Source of the DNA: Geopsychrobacteraceae bacterium
Lineage (GTDB): Bacteria > Desulfobacterota > Desulfuromonadia > Desulfuromonadales > Geopsychrobacteraceae
Assembly: GCA_963662315.1 (NCBI GenBank)
Contig: OY759353.1
Span: 2,048,001-2,112,000 of the forward strand
Reading direction: 5' to 3'
Length of the DNA: 64,000 bases
The notes beneath the pieces are model-generated. The model made no database searches. It saw only the letters and a list, made by a program, of their open reading frames with translations, and was not told where the DNA came from. Position 1 is the first letter of the stretch. Each line of letters opens with the position of its first letter. This document shows positions 1 through 10,732 of the stretch, piece by piece. A program made the position numbers and the translations under genes.

Positions 1-2
1 TT

Positions 3-497
3 CATCACTATTTATTTCACCACGTACTTGCTGAAAAAGGCTTTGTTCCAAAAGGGCTGATTTTTCCTGTATCTGCTGTAATTCTTGAACGAATTGAAGA
101 ATATAGAAAAGCACTAGAACACTTTTCAAAGCCACGCTTGGACTTTATCGAATGGCGACCAACAGAAAGAAATAATGTTGAAGTTTTGAATGAAACTATC
201 GACCTATATCGTTATTTCGATGCAACTGCTCAAGCAGAGTTTTTCTTTACCTGCGTTGAAGAAACTGTAAATAAAACTCTGCCCGATGAAGTTGGCTACT
301 TGAAAAAATACGACATCCTCAATGAATTCATAAAAAATTATATTGATATGCCGGATAAATTGGTTGCTCTACTCATTCGCTTTTTATCTCAACATGATGG
401 AAAGCTATCCAAAAGAGCTAAAGAACGTGAATTTGGCAAACTAACCGATGCCGAAATTCATGCGATTGAGCAGAAATATTCGGAGGTTTTTGGCTAG
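3..497 (+). CDS. Fic-family protein, C-terminal part (5' end outside window)
   Basis: Frame is open from base 3: HHYLFHHVLAEKGFVPKGLIFPVSAVIL...YRYFDAT; resembles the segment following the Fic HPFxDGNGR motif, which itself lies outside the window. Confidence 0.7.
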   Translation, partial: HHYLFHHVLAEKGFVPKGLIFPVSAVILERIEEYRKALEHFSKPRLDFIEWRPTERNNVEVLNETIDLYRYFDATAQAEFFFTCVEETVNKTLPDEVGYLKKYDILNEFIKNYIDMPDKLVALLIRFLSQHDGKLSKRAKEREFGKLTDAEIHAIEQKYSEVFG

Positions 498-722
498 AAA
501 ATTACGTTTCACACTCTGCTTACCCACAGGTGTAGAAAGATGAAAAGGAATATCGGGAAAAACTTGGAATCTAGTCATTCCGTCGCATCCGAAGAGGATT
601 TGAGTGGGGCAGTTATGGGGCAGTAAAACCCTTAAAAAGTAGTGTTTTTACCAAGATAACTACTTTCAAGATCATAAAAACAGAAAAGGCCCGAAAACGG
701 CCAGGCCTTTCCCCGCTATTTG

Positions 723-869
723 TTATTTGGTTGCATCGTTGACTTTTTCTTTGGCTGAATTTAAGGCTTTATCAAAAGCTTTTCCTGCTTTTTCACCAGC
801 TCCCTCTTTTTCGCAAGCAGTTGTGAGTAGTGCTAAAATCAGTACAGCAAAAATCAAAACATTTCTCAT
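723..869 (-). CDS. 48-aa small lipoprotein (not in ORF track)
   Basis: MRNVLIFAVLILALLTTACEKEGAGEKAGKAFDKALNSAKEKVNDATK*; lipobox LTTA-C; GGAG RBS upstream. Confidence 0.8.
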   Translation of the reverse strand: MRNVLIFAVLILALLTTACEKEGAGEKAGKAFDKALNSAKEKVNDATK

Positions 870-927
870 CTTTTTCTCCAATTCCTATTTGTTTTTTTTG
901 CAACAACCCCGCCAGCGCCCCCTTCGT

Positions 928-1347
928 TTAGCTCTTGTAGGGCTCCAGGCAGGGTAATTCTCCGGCTTTGCGGTACCAGGCTGGCACCTCGCCCATCTTC
1001 CCTTCCCGGGTCCAGACCGTGAGAAGGAATTCATGATTTTGGTCCTCATCCGACAGCGGATTATCAGTATGCTTGATTTTGATGTATGCCGCGTAAGGCT
1101 CATCCTTGCGGCCTTCAAACATAATCTCGTAAGCTTCCTGACCATGCCACATTCCTCTGGTCACGATAGCCCGCCTAGCACCCCAGGTCATGTCTCCCAG
1201 GACATCACTGTAATCCGGGGGGACCAGTAATCTGGCAACGCCATCATGAATGGACAGATAAAGAAAGCCCTCCTTTGAAAGAGACTCCGTCCAGTAGTTC
1301 GTGTGCTCAATATCGGAACCGTTATTATCAATTTCGATAACAGCCAT
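928..1347 (-). CDS. Hypothetical protein (139 aa)
   Basis: AGGAGG RBS, ATG start, globular composition (TNYW, ARLLVP, TRGMW). Confidence 0.75.
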   Translation of the reverse strand: MAVIEIDNNGSDIEHTNYWTESLSKEGFLYLSIHDGVARLLVPPDYSDVLGDMTWGARRAIVTRGMWHGQEAYEIMFEGRKDEPYAAYIKIKHTDNPLSDEDQNHEFLLTVWTREGKMGEVPAWYRKAGELPCLEPYKS

Positions 1348-1894
1348 GGGTGACCTCCTGATGCTCTAATGTGCCGCTGCGGCTAGGAAAATTGTAGATT
1401 GCAGCTGAACACTAATGTCAAGGGAGAAAGAACGTACACTCAGCTCTCTGCTAAAATCCATAATATTGAATGACTGCAAATGCCCTGTGGCCCAAAGCGG
1501 AATCTGCAGGAGGAGTGGTCCCTTCATGTTCACCAATCAGCTTACTAAATTTGAGTCGGAGAGATCAACGCTATCGGAAAAGTTCTGCGTCTGGTCGTCG
1601 CAAAAAATAACTCAGAACAGGAAGCAGATCAGTTTCTGGCAAGCCGCTTTGTTTGTGACAGAGTCGTCAGCATTCAATACTGATCTCGCCCCTTATCCAT
1701 TAAAGGGACACTGATTTCAGGCCCAAACAATAAAAGATGGATTCAACAGGTTTGCGTTGTTGTAGTCAAGACGATCACCTGCAAAAGTAGCAACCTGCCC
1801 TCTCGCGGCCAAAAGTGCGCGCCTTGATTTTTTATGGTCTTTTTCCATGACCACTCCATTTTGCAGGTCGTTACCCTTCCCTCTGCCCAAAATA

Positions 1895-2528
1895 CTACCA
1901 CCGATGCAGGGTGGAACAAATAATGTCGAAATAGCCTGGAGTGCGCACGACTTCCTGATATCCCGGAACGACTCCCACCCACTTGCCCAGGCGAACGTTG
2001 CGTTCCTGGGTAAGATAAAGGGTCGGCAATCCCATGAGCGCCGGGCCGTCCATGCCGGCAGTAGTCACGCCAATCGGGCCTATCAGACCGTGGCGGCATC
2101 GCAACTCTTCAAACAGTTGCAGCTGAGCGCGGCGCATGTCCGGCATCACAAAGAAAGCGCTTGGCCTGTACTTCCTGGGCAGCACCGGGTTTGATCTGGA
2201 TAGGAAGGCCGGCAAGCAGTGCCGCAGCAGCCAGATACCAACCTTCGCCAAAGGAGAAGCCGGGATCGGCATGAAAGGTATAGGCGTGGTTGCGCTCTGT
2301 GACGATTTTCCTGGCGGCTTTTGTGGCCGTTTCAGCTCTGCTGGCAAACACTCTGGCTTTGGCCGTATCAAGTGCCTGGGCCAAACGTGCGGCCTGTAAC
2401 GCAGCCTCTTCGGCAGTGCAAACGATCTGCTCGACGCGCTGCCAGCCTTCTTCGCAATCTGCCAAGGTTGACGCCCGCTGAGATCCGCGTGAGAGCTGCC
2501 CGGCACATCCGGCAGCTGGCGGATACAA
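1895..2528 (-). pseudogene. Probable disrupted hypothetical gene (two protein-like segments in different frames)
   Basis: The 2109-2528 frame gives a helical segment (...NHAYTFHADPGFSFGEGW...); the 1895-2140 frame gives RAQLQLFEEL...GVTTAGMDGPALMGLPTLYL; neither has a clean start. Confidence 0.4.
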
Positions 2529-2534
2529 TACTTA

Positions 2535-2562
2535 AAATGGTCCAGGGTTACCCCTGGACCCA
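2535..2562 (-). terminator. Intrinsic terminator after gltP
   Basis: Minus-strand hairpin GGTCCAGGG-gtaa-CCCTGGACC followed by ATTTT. Confidence 0.55.
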
Positions 2563-2591
2563 TACCACAAACAATGCCAACCGATTTTGTT

Positions 2592-3914
2592 TTACGCCGT
2601 TTCCGTGGCTCCAGTTTTGATTTTCCCGTCTGCAAGCTCCCACTTGCTCATATCTACTTCGCCTTCGGTTTTTGCCACCAGACAGGTCGCTACAAGATCA
2701 CCGGTAACGTTCAGTGAAGTACGTCCCATATCAAGCAGAGCATCAATACCGAAGATCATAGCGTAGGCAGCAGCAACAGCAGTTCCCGGCTCAACTTTCA
2801 GGCCGACCGATTCAAGAACCATCAGCAACATGATGGCACCAGCCCCCGGAACACCAGCGGTACCGATCGAAGCCAGAACAGCAGTCGCGATAACAGTCAG
2901 CTGCTGACCGAAGTCGAGGGGCATTCCGATAGCAAAGCCGACAAAGATAGCACAGACCCCCTGGTAAATGGCGGTACCATCCATGTTGATGGTTGCACCA
3001 AGTGGCAAGGTAAAGGAATAAACCCCGCGCGAAATCCCCATTTCTTCCTCAGCCACCTCCATAGAGACCGGCAAGGTACCGCCACTACTGCGGGTTACAA
3101 AAGAGGTGATCATAGCAGTGCGAGCCTTGACCAGGAATTGGCGGAAATTGAAACGGAAAAGAATCAACAGGACGCCGTAAACCAGCACCAGATGTGCAAT
3201 AAGGCCAGCATAAACAGCACCGGTAATAGTTGCCAGTGGACCAAAAGCTTCCGCCCCTTGCTTACCGAAAACAACTGCAATTAAGGCGAAAACCCCAATC
3301 GGTGCGTACTCGAGAATCCAGTGGACAACTTTGTACATGAGCTCGGCGCACCCCTCAAAGAAACTGAAAACGGTCTCTGCCGAGTTGCGGATTCGTTCCT
3401 CTGCGCTTTCACGAAGGTAAGCCAGACCGATACCGAACATCAGTGCGGCAAAAATGGTTGGCAGAATTTCTCCCCCGGCAATGGCGCTAAAGGGGTTTTT
3501 CGGCACGATGTTGAGAAATGTCTGCAATAGCGATGGCTGATTCAGTTCTCGACCGGCAGCATCAGCAACACCGGCAAGCTGCAACCCTTCACCAGGACTG
3601 AACAGGTTGCCGAACAGCAGACCCATGGCGACGGCAAAACCGGAGGTCAGCAGGTAAAAAAGTAACGCCTTGACACCGATCCGTCCCAGACGAGAGGGAT
3701 GAACGCTCGCAGCACCGACGACCAGAGTGAAAATAACCACCGGCATGACAATCATTTTCAGCAGGCGAACAAAAACATCTCCAAAGGGGCTGACCCAGGC
3801 GATGGACGGCCCGGCAATCAAACCGACAATAGCACCGCAAACCAGACCGATCAGGATCCGGAACAACAGACTGACGTTAAAATACCAGCTCAACAATCCT
3901 TTTTTCTTTTCCAT
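2592..3914 (-). CDS. gltP: Dicarboxylate/amino acid:cation symporter (GltP/GltPh type)
   Basis: Motifs FVTRSSGGTLP, LPLGATINMDGT, ASIGTAGVPG, DMGRTSLNVTGD; start set at MEKKK with GAGG RBS. Confidence 0.9.
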   Translation of the reverse strand: MEKKKGLLSWYFNVSLLFRILIGLVCGAIVGLIAGPSIAWVSPFGDVFVRLLKMIVMPVVIFTLVVGAASVHPSRLGRIGVKALLFYLLTSGFAVAMGLLFGNLFSPGEGLQLAGVADAAGRELNQPSLLQTFLNIVPKNPFSAIAGGEILPTIFAALMFGIGLAYLRESAEERIRNSAETVFSFFEGCAELMYKVVHWILEYAPIGVFALIAVVFGKQGAEAFGPLATITGAVYAGLIAHLVLVYGVLLILFRFNFRQFLVKARTAMITSFVTRSSGGTLPVSMEVAEEEMGISRGVYSFTLPLGATINMDGTAIYQGVCAIFVGFAIGMPLDFGQQLTVIATAVLASIGTAGVPGAGAIMLLMVLESVGLKVEPGTAVAAAYAMIFGIDALLDMGRTSLNVTGDLVATCLVAKTEGEVDMSKWELADGKIKTGATETA

Positions 3915-3970
3915 AACTTCCTCCGAGAGAGTTTCCTCTGAACCAGTTCCAGAGGGCAATTAACAGTGAA

Positions 3971-5380
3971 TTAAATTCCGAGAAATTTCGGATGCATCAT
4001 ATTTTCAGCGGAAAGGATCCGGTCTAGGGTCTCCTTCGGCAGCAGCTTTTTCTCGAGCACCAGGTCATAAACGGAGAGGCCTTGTTCGAGAGCTTCCTGG
4101 GCAATTGCAGTGGCATTTTCATAACCGACACAAGGGTTTAGAGCCGTAACGATACCGATGCTCTTCTCGACCATCTGCCGGCAATGATCCTTGTTCGCGG
4201 TAATACCGCGGATACATTTTTCGGCCAGGGTCAGGCAGCCACGCTCAAGTAGGCTGATCGACATGAACAGGTTGTAGGCGATAACCGGCTCCATCACGTT
4301 TAATTCCAGTTGACCATTTTCCGAAGCCATGGTGATAGTCAGGTCTGCACCGGCAACCTGGTAGGCAATCTGATTGACGACTTCAGGGATAACCGGGTTC
4401 ACCTTTCCTGGCATGATAGAAGATCCGGGCTGCATCTTAGGAAGGTTGATTTCGTTCAGGCCGGCACGCGGGCCGGAGGATAACAGCCTAAGATCATTAC
4501 AGATCTTCGACAACTTGATGGCGAAACGCTTGAGCACACCGGAAATCTGCATATATGCGCCGGTGTCCCAGGTCGCCTCGACCAGGTTAGCTGAGGTTGC
4601 CAGTGAAATCCCGGTGAGGTTTCGCAAGTTCTGGGTTACCAGGCGGGTATAGTCAGGCGGAGCATTCAGTCCGGTTCCGATAGCAGTTGCGCCGAGGTTG
4701 ATCTCGTGCACCAACCTGTGCGCTTCAAAAACCCGCTGAATATCTTCACCGATTGTGGTGGCATAAGCAGAGAATTCTTGTCCCATGGTCATCGGCACTG
4801 CATCCTGGAGTTGGGTGCGGCCCATCTTCAGCACATCGGAAAACTCGATCCCTTTGGCAGCAAAGGCTTTCTGTAAAATCTCCATAGCGGACATCAGTTT
4901 CTTCAGTTCCATATGCAAAGCGATACGAAAGGCCGTCGGATAAGCATCGTTGGTCGATTGCGAGCAGTTGACATGATTGTTCGGATGGCAGTGTTGGTAC
5001 TCCCCCTTTTCGTGCCCCATTATTTCCAGGGCTCGGTTGGCAATCACTTCGTTGGCGTTCATGTTGGTTGAGGTTCCCGCACCCCCTTGAAAAACATCCA
5101 CCACGAACTGATCGTGAAGTTGCCCGGAGATGATCTCATCACAGGCTTGAGTGATTGCCCGAGTCGTTTCGCTCGGCAGAAGTCCTAGTTCGTGATTTGT
5201 CAGAGCGGCCGCTTTTTTCACATATGCGAAAGCACAAACAAGGGATGGAGTCGATGAAATCGGTATTCCGGTCAGTTCGAAGTTCTCCAGCGCACGCAAA
5301 GTCTGCACTCCGAAATAGAAGGGATTGGGAACTTCTCGATCACCGAGTAAATCATGTTCAATACGGTAGCCTGTTGACAT
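3971..5380 (-). CDS. aspA: Aspartate ammonia-lyase
   Basis: QGGAGTSTNMNANEV, KMGRTQLQDA and GSSIMPGKVNP fumarase/aspartase signatures. Confidence 0.95.
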   Translation of the reverse strand: MSTGYRIEHDLLGDREVPNPFYFGVQTLRALENFELTGIPISSTPSLVCAFAYVKKAAALTNHELGLLPSETTRAITQACDEIISGQLHDQFVVDVFQGGAGTSTNMNANEVIANRALEIMGHEKGEYQHCHPNNHVNCSQSTNDAYPTAFRIALHMELKKLMSAMEILQKAFAAKGIEFSDVLKMGRTQLQDAVPMTMGQEFSAYATTIGEDIQRVFEAHRLVHEINLGATAIGTGLNAPPDYTRLVTQNLRNLTGISLATSANLVEATWDTGAYMQISGVLKRFAIKLSKICNDLRLLSSGPRAGLNEINLPKMQPGSSIMPGKVNPVIPEVVNQIAYQVAGADLTITMASENGQLELNVMEPVIAYNLFMSISLLERGCLTLAEKCIRGITANKDHCRQMVEKSIGIVTALNPCVGYENATAIAQEALEQGLSVYDLVLEKKLLPKETLDRILSAENMMHPKFLGI

Positions 5381-5467
5381 CTGGGCGCTCCTTGCCTAAG
5401 CCTTTCGAAGGCCGTGAAAATGGGATGACAATTAACCCGTGTTCTGGTTCTTTAGACATACCCATTA

Positions 5468-5484
5468 AGCAATGCAGATGCCAA
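5468..5484 (-). promoter_or_regulatory. sigma54 -24/-12 promoter of aspA-gltP
   Basis: Minus strand TTGGCATCTGCATTGCT; NtrC-type activator gene adjacent. Confidence 0.8.
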
Positions 5485-5754
5485 CGCCAACAAAATTTCT
5501 CTAAACGACTGATACTATTGACTTCTATCGTTTTATCTGAGTTTCAAAGGCTGATCCAAAGAGGTATAACTTTGGTATTCTCACGAAGAGAAGATTAGTA
5601 AAACTTACATATTTTCAAATAGTTACAAACTATCCAAAAGTTATAGGAAGTCTATTGGTTATAGGGGATCAAAAACAGGCAGGGGTATATTGAAAAGAAT
5701 TGCGGCAAGTCGCTCTAGTCGACCTGAAATCGATGACGAGAAGTAAAAAACTGG

Positions 5755-7185
5755 TTAATCGTCTTCAGCTGAATCTTTGTGTTTTTTCAGCCGTTTATTG
5801 AGAGCCGGCTGAGAAACACCAAGAAGCCTTGCTGCCAGCGACTGGTTTCCTTCGGCCCGCTTCATCGCTTCCTGCGCCAAAAGGTTCCCGACCTCTTTCA
5901 GCGATGGCAAAGGCAGGTCAGCCACAAAAACAGAATCGGCCGTACTGGCGGCGGACTCCAGGAGCTGAGATGGTCGGTTGTCAATTCCTCGTTTGAACGC
6001 ATCCATCGACAGCATTTTGCTTTTGTGCATGCTCATTGCATCGTAGACCATCCCTTTGAGTTCACGGACATTGCCGGGGAAGTCGTAATTTGCCAGCAGC
6101 ACTGGGAGCTCCTTGGGGATCGTCGGCTTGTTTTTGCCAAGTTCGTTCGCCGCCTCTTCAAGGAAATAATCGAGCAGCAACAAGATATCGCCTTTGCGCT
6201 CGCGCAAGGGCGGAATATGCAGGTGATGACCACAGAGGCGGTAGTAAAGATCCTTTCGCATCTTGCCTTCAGCCTGGCTGACCGCCAGATCCTGGTGAGT
6301 AGCGACGACAATGCGGGCATTCATCCGCTTTGGCATGTCACTGCCCAGAGGAAAGTAGTCTCCTTCCTGCAGTAAACGCAGCAGTTTGACCTGTGAAGCA
6401 ATGTTGAGGTCGCCAATTTCATCAAGAAACAGGGTGCCATTACTGGCCGCTTCTACCATTCCGCTTCTGGCACTTTCGGCCCCAGTGAAGGCACCTTTGC
6501 TGTGACCGAAAAGGGTATCGGAAAAAACCGTATCATCGAGGCCCGCCACGTTGACCGACAGCATCCTCCCCTTCCTGCCGCTCAACTCATGGATCGCCTT
6601 GGCAAAGAGTTCTTTACCCACCCCGCTTTCACCGGTAATCAACACCGGCTGACTGCTGACGGAGATCGCTTCCACATATTGGAAGATCGAACTCATGGCT
6701 CTGTCCAGGGTGATAATATTGCTGAAAACTTCTGAGCGGTCGATGGTTCCGCCGAGAAAGCGATTGCGCATCTCAATGTTTTCACGTTCTAGATTGATTA
6801 GCTTGATGGCTCGTTGTACCCCGTTCAGCAGCCGTTCTTTCTCTACCGTTTTGACATAGAAATCAAAGGCACCCAATTTCATGCAGCTGACCGCCGTATC
6901 GATCTGATTCATGCCGCTGATGACAATAACGGTAACATCTGGATGTTCTTCAAGAATCTTCGGCAGCAGTCTGTCTCCCGAGATATGAGGCATATTGATA
7001 TCGAGCAATACCAGCCGAACGTTCTGTGAGGCAATAATACTTAAAACGTCTCGACTGTCCTGACATCTGATAACGTTGTTGATTCCAGCATCAAGAGCGA
7101 GGTTCATAGTCATTGATCGGAGCCAGGCACTTTCATCGTCGACCAGTAAAATACTGAATTCAGGATAGAGTGTTTCTGTCATCAC
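5755..7185 (-). CDS. sigma54-dependent response regulator (NtrC family)
   Basis: Receiver (VDD, LLDINMP), [15 protein letters not shown]-terminal Fis HTH. Confidence 0.95.
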   Translation of the reverse strand: MMTETLYPEFSILLVDDESAWLRSMTMNLALDAGINNVIRCQDSRDVLSIIASQNVRLVLLDINMPHISGDRLLPKILEEHPDVTVIVISGMNQIDTAVSCMKLGAFDFYVKTVEKERLLNGVQRAIKLINLERENIEMRNRFLGGTIDRSEVFSNIITLDRAMSSIFQYVEAISVSSQPVLITGESGVGKELFAKAIHELSGRKGRMLSVNVAGLDDTVFSDTLFGHSKGAFTGAESARSGMVEAASNGTLFLDEIGDLNIASQVKLLRLLQEGDYFPLGSDMPKRMNARIVVATHQDLAVSQAEGKMRKDLYYRLCGHHLHIPPLRERKGDILLLLDYFLEEAANELGKNKPTIPKELPVLLANYDFPGNVRELKGMVYDAMSMHKSKMLSMDAFKRGIDNRPSQLLESAASTADSVFVADLPLPSLKEVGNLLAQEAMKRAEGNQSLAARLLGVSQPALNKRLKKHKDSAEDD

Positions 7186-7188
7186 AAG

Positions 7189-8907
7189 TTAATCCTTGTC
7201 TGCTCTCGGCAAATACATGGTTACGCGGGTTCCGCTACCCACTTCCGAACTGAATTCCAACCGTCCACGATGTTCTTCAATAATTCCAGCCGAAATCGAA
7301 AGGCCCAGGCCGGTCCCCCCCTGTTCACGTTTGGTCGTATAAAAGGGGTCGGTCAAATGTGCCAGTTTTTCGGTAGCTATCCCGACACCACCGTCTTCAA
7401 CTTCAAGAGCGATTTCATTTCCCGAAGCATAGGTGCACAAACATATTTGCTGATCTGGTGAGGAGAGAGCCTGACAAGCATTCAGCAAGAGGTTGATGAT
7501 AACCTGCTCAATGCGCTGATAATTTCCTTTAAATAACGGCAACGCTTCAGTGCATTTAATGCTGAAACTGTCGGTAGCTTTCCTGATGGAATTGTCGACC
7601 AGCCTTACCGCCGCGTTGGCAACCACATTTAAATCAACAGTTTCGCTCAGATCGGTACTGTCTTTGCGGGCAAAATCTTTCAAATCATCAACGATCCGCT
7701 TTATTTTTGTCGCGCTGTCCTGCATTTCAGAAAACATCTGGTCCGATTCTTCGCGAAGCATAGAATACTTGAGTCCGCCGATAAAAAAATCACCTTGTTT
7801 CCGGTATCGCTCCTCAAGGGTCTCTAGTGCTGCGTGGTAAGTCTTTTCAAGCACTGGCAAGTTGTACAACAGCAGCCCGGTCGGATTGTTGATCTCATGG
7901 GCGACCCCCGACACCAGTATTCCCAAAGAGGTCATTTTGTCGGCCTGAATCAATTGCTGTTGTTGCAGGGCCATCTCATTGGTTCTGCGTTCAACTTCCC
8001 CTTTTAATGCTCGGTTCCAGAAAATGACAATGAATATAATGAGCAGCATCGGCCCAAGAATCAGGCTACCGAGCTGGGCGACATGTTTCCAGTCTATTCC
8101 TCGCGCTGTATCGAAGGGGCCGAGCCAGCGGTCATAGATTTCTTTTTGCCGTCCGGTATTTTTTAGAATGGCCAACCCTTCACTGAAAAGGGCTTGTAAA
8201 TCATCGTTGCCTTTTTTTACTGCGTATCCGTAATGTAAACCTGGAAAAGGTGTGCCAACCGGAATAATGTTCGACAAACCAAGTTCTCGCCCAAGGTAAA
8301 GGCTGGGGAGGTTACCAACCAACGCATAATCATGTTTCCCTGAAGCCAGCAAGCGTAACGCTTCAGCATGCGCAGCGACCAAGACCAGCTCAGCGTCCAA
8401 GTGCTCTTTAAGTAAATAATCGTGCATAATCCCACCTCTTTGCAGGATTAGCTCTTTACCCCTTAATTGCGTTAACGAACTAATATCCTTTGCCCCTTCT
8501 CGACGGGCAAAGACGGCCTGATGAACAATCGAATGAGGAGAAAAAGCAAATTCTTTTTTCCTCTCTTCAGATTCAACCATCCCTTGTAATGCGTCTATTT
8601 TGCCAGATATTAAATCTTGACGAACTTGATCCCAGTTATCCAAGCGAATCACAACATCAATGCCCATGACTTCTGCTATGGCTCTGGTTAAATCAACGTT
8701 GTAGCCGGCAGGCTCATTGTTTTCGTCTAGATATTCATAAGGAGGGTAATTGTGATCGCCTCCAACAATAATTGTTTTCTTTGACGATGGCGGCCTAGGT
8801 TCTCTTGCCTGTGTTTGCTGCGGCAGAAAAAACTGGAAAAGCATTAGAAGGGCAACAAAAATATGCAACAACATAGGGGGGGGAAACCTTCTTCGTCCAT
8901 ATGACAT
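7189..8907 (-). CDS. Sensor histidine kinase with periplasmic amino-acid-binding (SBP family 3) domain
   Basis: GGDHNYPPYE, TM helix, H-box GVAHEINNP, N box NLLLNA, GGTGLGL. Confidence 0.93.
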   Translation of the reverse strand: MSYGRRRFPPPMLLHIFVALLMLFQFFLPQQTQAREPRPPSSKKTIIVGGDHNYPPYEYLDENNEPAGYNVDLTRAIAEVMGIDVVIRLDNWDQVRQDLISGKIDALQGMVESEERKKEFAFSPHSIVHQAVFARREGAKDISSLTQLRGKELILQRGGIMHDYLLKEHLDAELVLVAAHAEALRLLASGKHDYALVGNLPSLYLGRELGLSNIIPVGTPFPGLHYGYAVKKGNDDLQALFSEGLAILKNTGRQKEIYDRWLGPFDTARGIDWKHVAQLGSLILGPMLLIIFIVIFWNRALKGEVERRTNEMALQQQQLIQADKMTSLGILVSGVAHEINNPTGLLLYNLPVLEKTYHAALETLEERYRKQGDFFIGGLKYSMLREESDQMFSEMQDSATKIKRIVDDLKDFARKDSTDLSETVDLNVVANAAVRLVDNSIRKATDSFSIKCTEALPLFKGNYQRIEQVIINLLLNACQALSSPDQQICLCTYASGNEIALEVEDGGVGIATEKLAHLTDPFYTTKREQGGTGLGLSISAGIIEEHRGRLEFSSEVGSGTRVTMYLPRADKD

Positions 8908-8980
8908 ATATTAATTCTGCAACCGGCTCTACATCTCAGTAGTGGTCAATCCGCTTCGGACAAGGATATAAGCTTCTATT

Positions 8981-9179
8981 TTCAGTAGTAGAGAGAATCG
9001 ATAAACTCTTTGCCATTATCAATAATTAAGGCAAGGCTATAGTTAATTTTTTGCCGAGTACTATAGCTCATCGTTAACAGATCCAGATAGCCTTACAAAG
9101 CACATCAATATATCGTAACGTTTTATATAATAAATTTTCCGCCCCTGCAACAAACGCCTATCTGACTCCGGAATCTCAG
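8981..9179. repeat. Internally deleted copy of the gntR locus (3' end plus upstream region)
   Basis: 8981-9024 matches 14973-15016 (2 mismatches in 44 bp); 9095-9179 matches 15721-15806 (3 differences). Confidence 0.9.
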
Positions 9180-9330
9180 TCGTGGGTAAGTGACCATTGA
9201 AGCCATAACTGCATTACAAAATGACTTGCTTGCTTACTGGTTGACAATCAATCAACCCCTCATTTAAATAGCCCGTATTGATGTCCGAAAATGGCGAGTT
9301 ATGGAAGCTGGTTGATGTATACTCACGACC

Positions 9331-10731
9331 ATGACCATAGACCATGACATATATTATCAGGCGCTGAAAACACGTGACGCTCGTTTTGACGGTAAATTTT
9401 TTACCGGGGTGTCCAGTACCGGGATTTTTTGCCGGCCGATCTGTCCGGCCATCACGCCGAAGCCTGAAAATTGTACCTTCTTTCCCTCCGCCGATGCCGC
9501 GTTATCTGCAGGTTTTCGTCCCTGCTTGCGCTGTCGCCCAGAAGCGGCTCCGGCAAGCCCGGCCTGGTTAGGCACCGAAGCGACAGTACGCCGTACGGTG
9601 CGTCTGATTGAAGAAGGTGCGTTGGATAATGGGCAAGCGGTGAATCACCTGTGCGAACGCGTTGGTGTGGGGGAACGTCAACTCCGCCGCTTGTTCCAAA
9701 CCCATCTTGGCGTCTCTCCAAAGCAAATTGCCCAGACCAGACGCTTGCTGTTTGCCAAAAATCTTTTAACGCAAACAGCTGCACCGATAACCGAAATTGC
9801 TCTGGCAGCAGGGTTTAACAGTCTACGCCGTTTTAACGACGCCTACAAAAAATCGTTCGGCTTTGCCCCTTCCCAGGAACGAAACACCTTGAAGGCAAAA
9901 AGTCATTCACATGAAGGAATACGACTGCGTTTTTCTTATCGCCCCCCTTATGATTGGGACGGTCTGCTTGCCTTCTTTCGATCCCGCGCTATTACTCCTG
10001 TCGAACTGGTGAATCAGGACAGCTACCAGCGTCGTGTCGTAATCGACGGGCACCAAGGAAAGATTATCATTCGCAACGAAGGACAGGATAACAGGCTGTG
10101 CTGTACAATCAGCGCTATCCCTACTCAGCATTTACAGACCGTAGCACGCAAAATCAGGCGCATGTTCGATGTTGATGCCGATCCCCAGGCGATTGCCAAC
10201 GATCTTGGCCGTGATTCTGCGTTACGGCCCCTCATTGATGCTTGTCCCGGCATACGCCTGCCGGGTGCCTGGGATAGTTTTGAAATTGCCGTACGTGCGG
10301 TTATCGGCCAACAAATCAGTGTGAAAGGTGCGCGCACCATCTGCACACGTCTGGTTGAGCGTATCGGGCGCGGCCTGTTTCCTGAACCTCAGGATATTCT
10401 GGACAGCAATCTGGACGGATTAGGCTTAACCGGGCGCCGCATCGCAACACTGAAAACCATGGCACAAAAGTGGCCGGAATTAGACACGGCCAAACCTATT
10501 CAGGACGTTATCGATGACCTGTGCGCCTTGCCCGGCATCGGCCCCTGGACGGCTCATTATATCGTTATGCGCGGCTGTTCCGAGCCGGATATTTACCCTG
10601 TCGATGACCTGGGATTGATCCGTACTCTGGAGAAACTGAAGGTCCCCGCAACCAAAGAGGCGTTAAGAAAACACGCTGAGAGATGGCGCCCTTGGCGGGC
10701 TTATGGGGCGATCTATTTATGGAGAATTTAA
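9331..10731 (+). CDS. alkA: Ada/AraC-AlkA fusion (DNA-3-methyladenine glycosylase II with Ada Zn-binding domain)
   Basis: STGIFCRPIC, GFRPCLRCRP, AraC HTH, RAVIGQQIS, HhH LPGIGPWTA, WRPWRAY. Confidence 0.92.
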   Translation: MTIDHDIYYQALKTRDARFDGKFFTGVSSTGIFCRPICPAITPKPENCTFFPSADAALSAGFRPCLRCRPEAAPASPAWLGTEATVRRTVRLIEEGALDNGQAVNHLCERVGVGERQLRRLFQTHLGVSPKQIAQTRRLLFAKNLLTQTAAPITEIALAAGFNSLRRFNDAYKKSFGFAPSQERNTLKAKSHSHEGIRLRFSYRPPYDWDGLLAFFRSRAITPVELVNQDSYQRRVVIDGHQGKIIIRNEGQDNRLCCTISAIPTQHLQTVARKIRRMFDVDADPQAIANDLGRDSALRPLIDACPGIRLPGAWDSFEIAVRAVIGQQISVKGARTICTRLVERIGRGLFPEPQDILDSNLDGLGLTGRRIATLKTMAQKWPELDTAKPIQDVIDDLCALPGIGPWTAHYIVMRGCSEPDIYPVDDLGLIRTLEKLKVPATKEALRKHAERWRPWRAYGAIYLWRI

Positions 10732-10732
10732 G

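Noticed and set aside
1415..1714. 99-aa ORF
   Set aside because: No RBS or motif; likely spurious or decayed sequence
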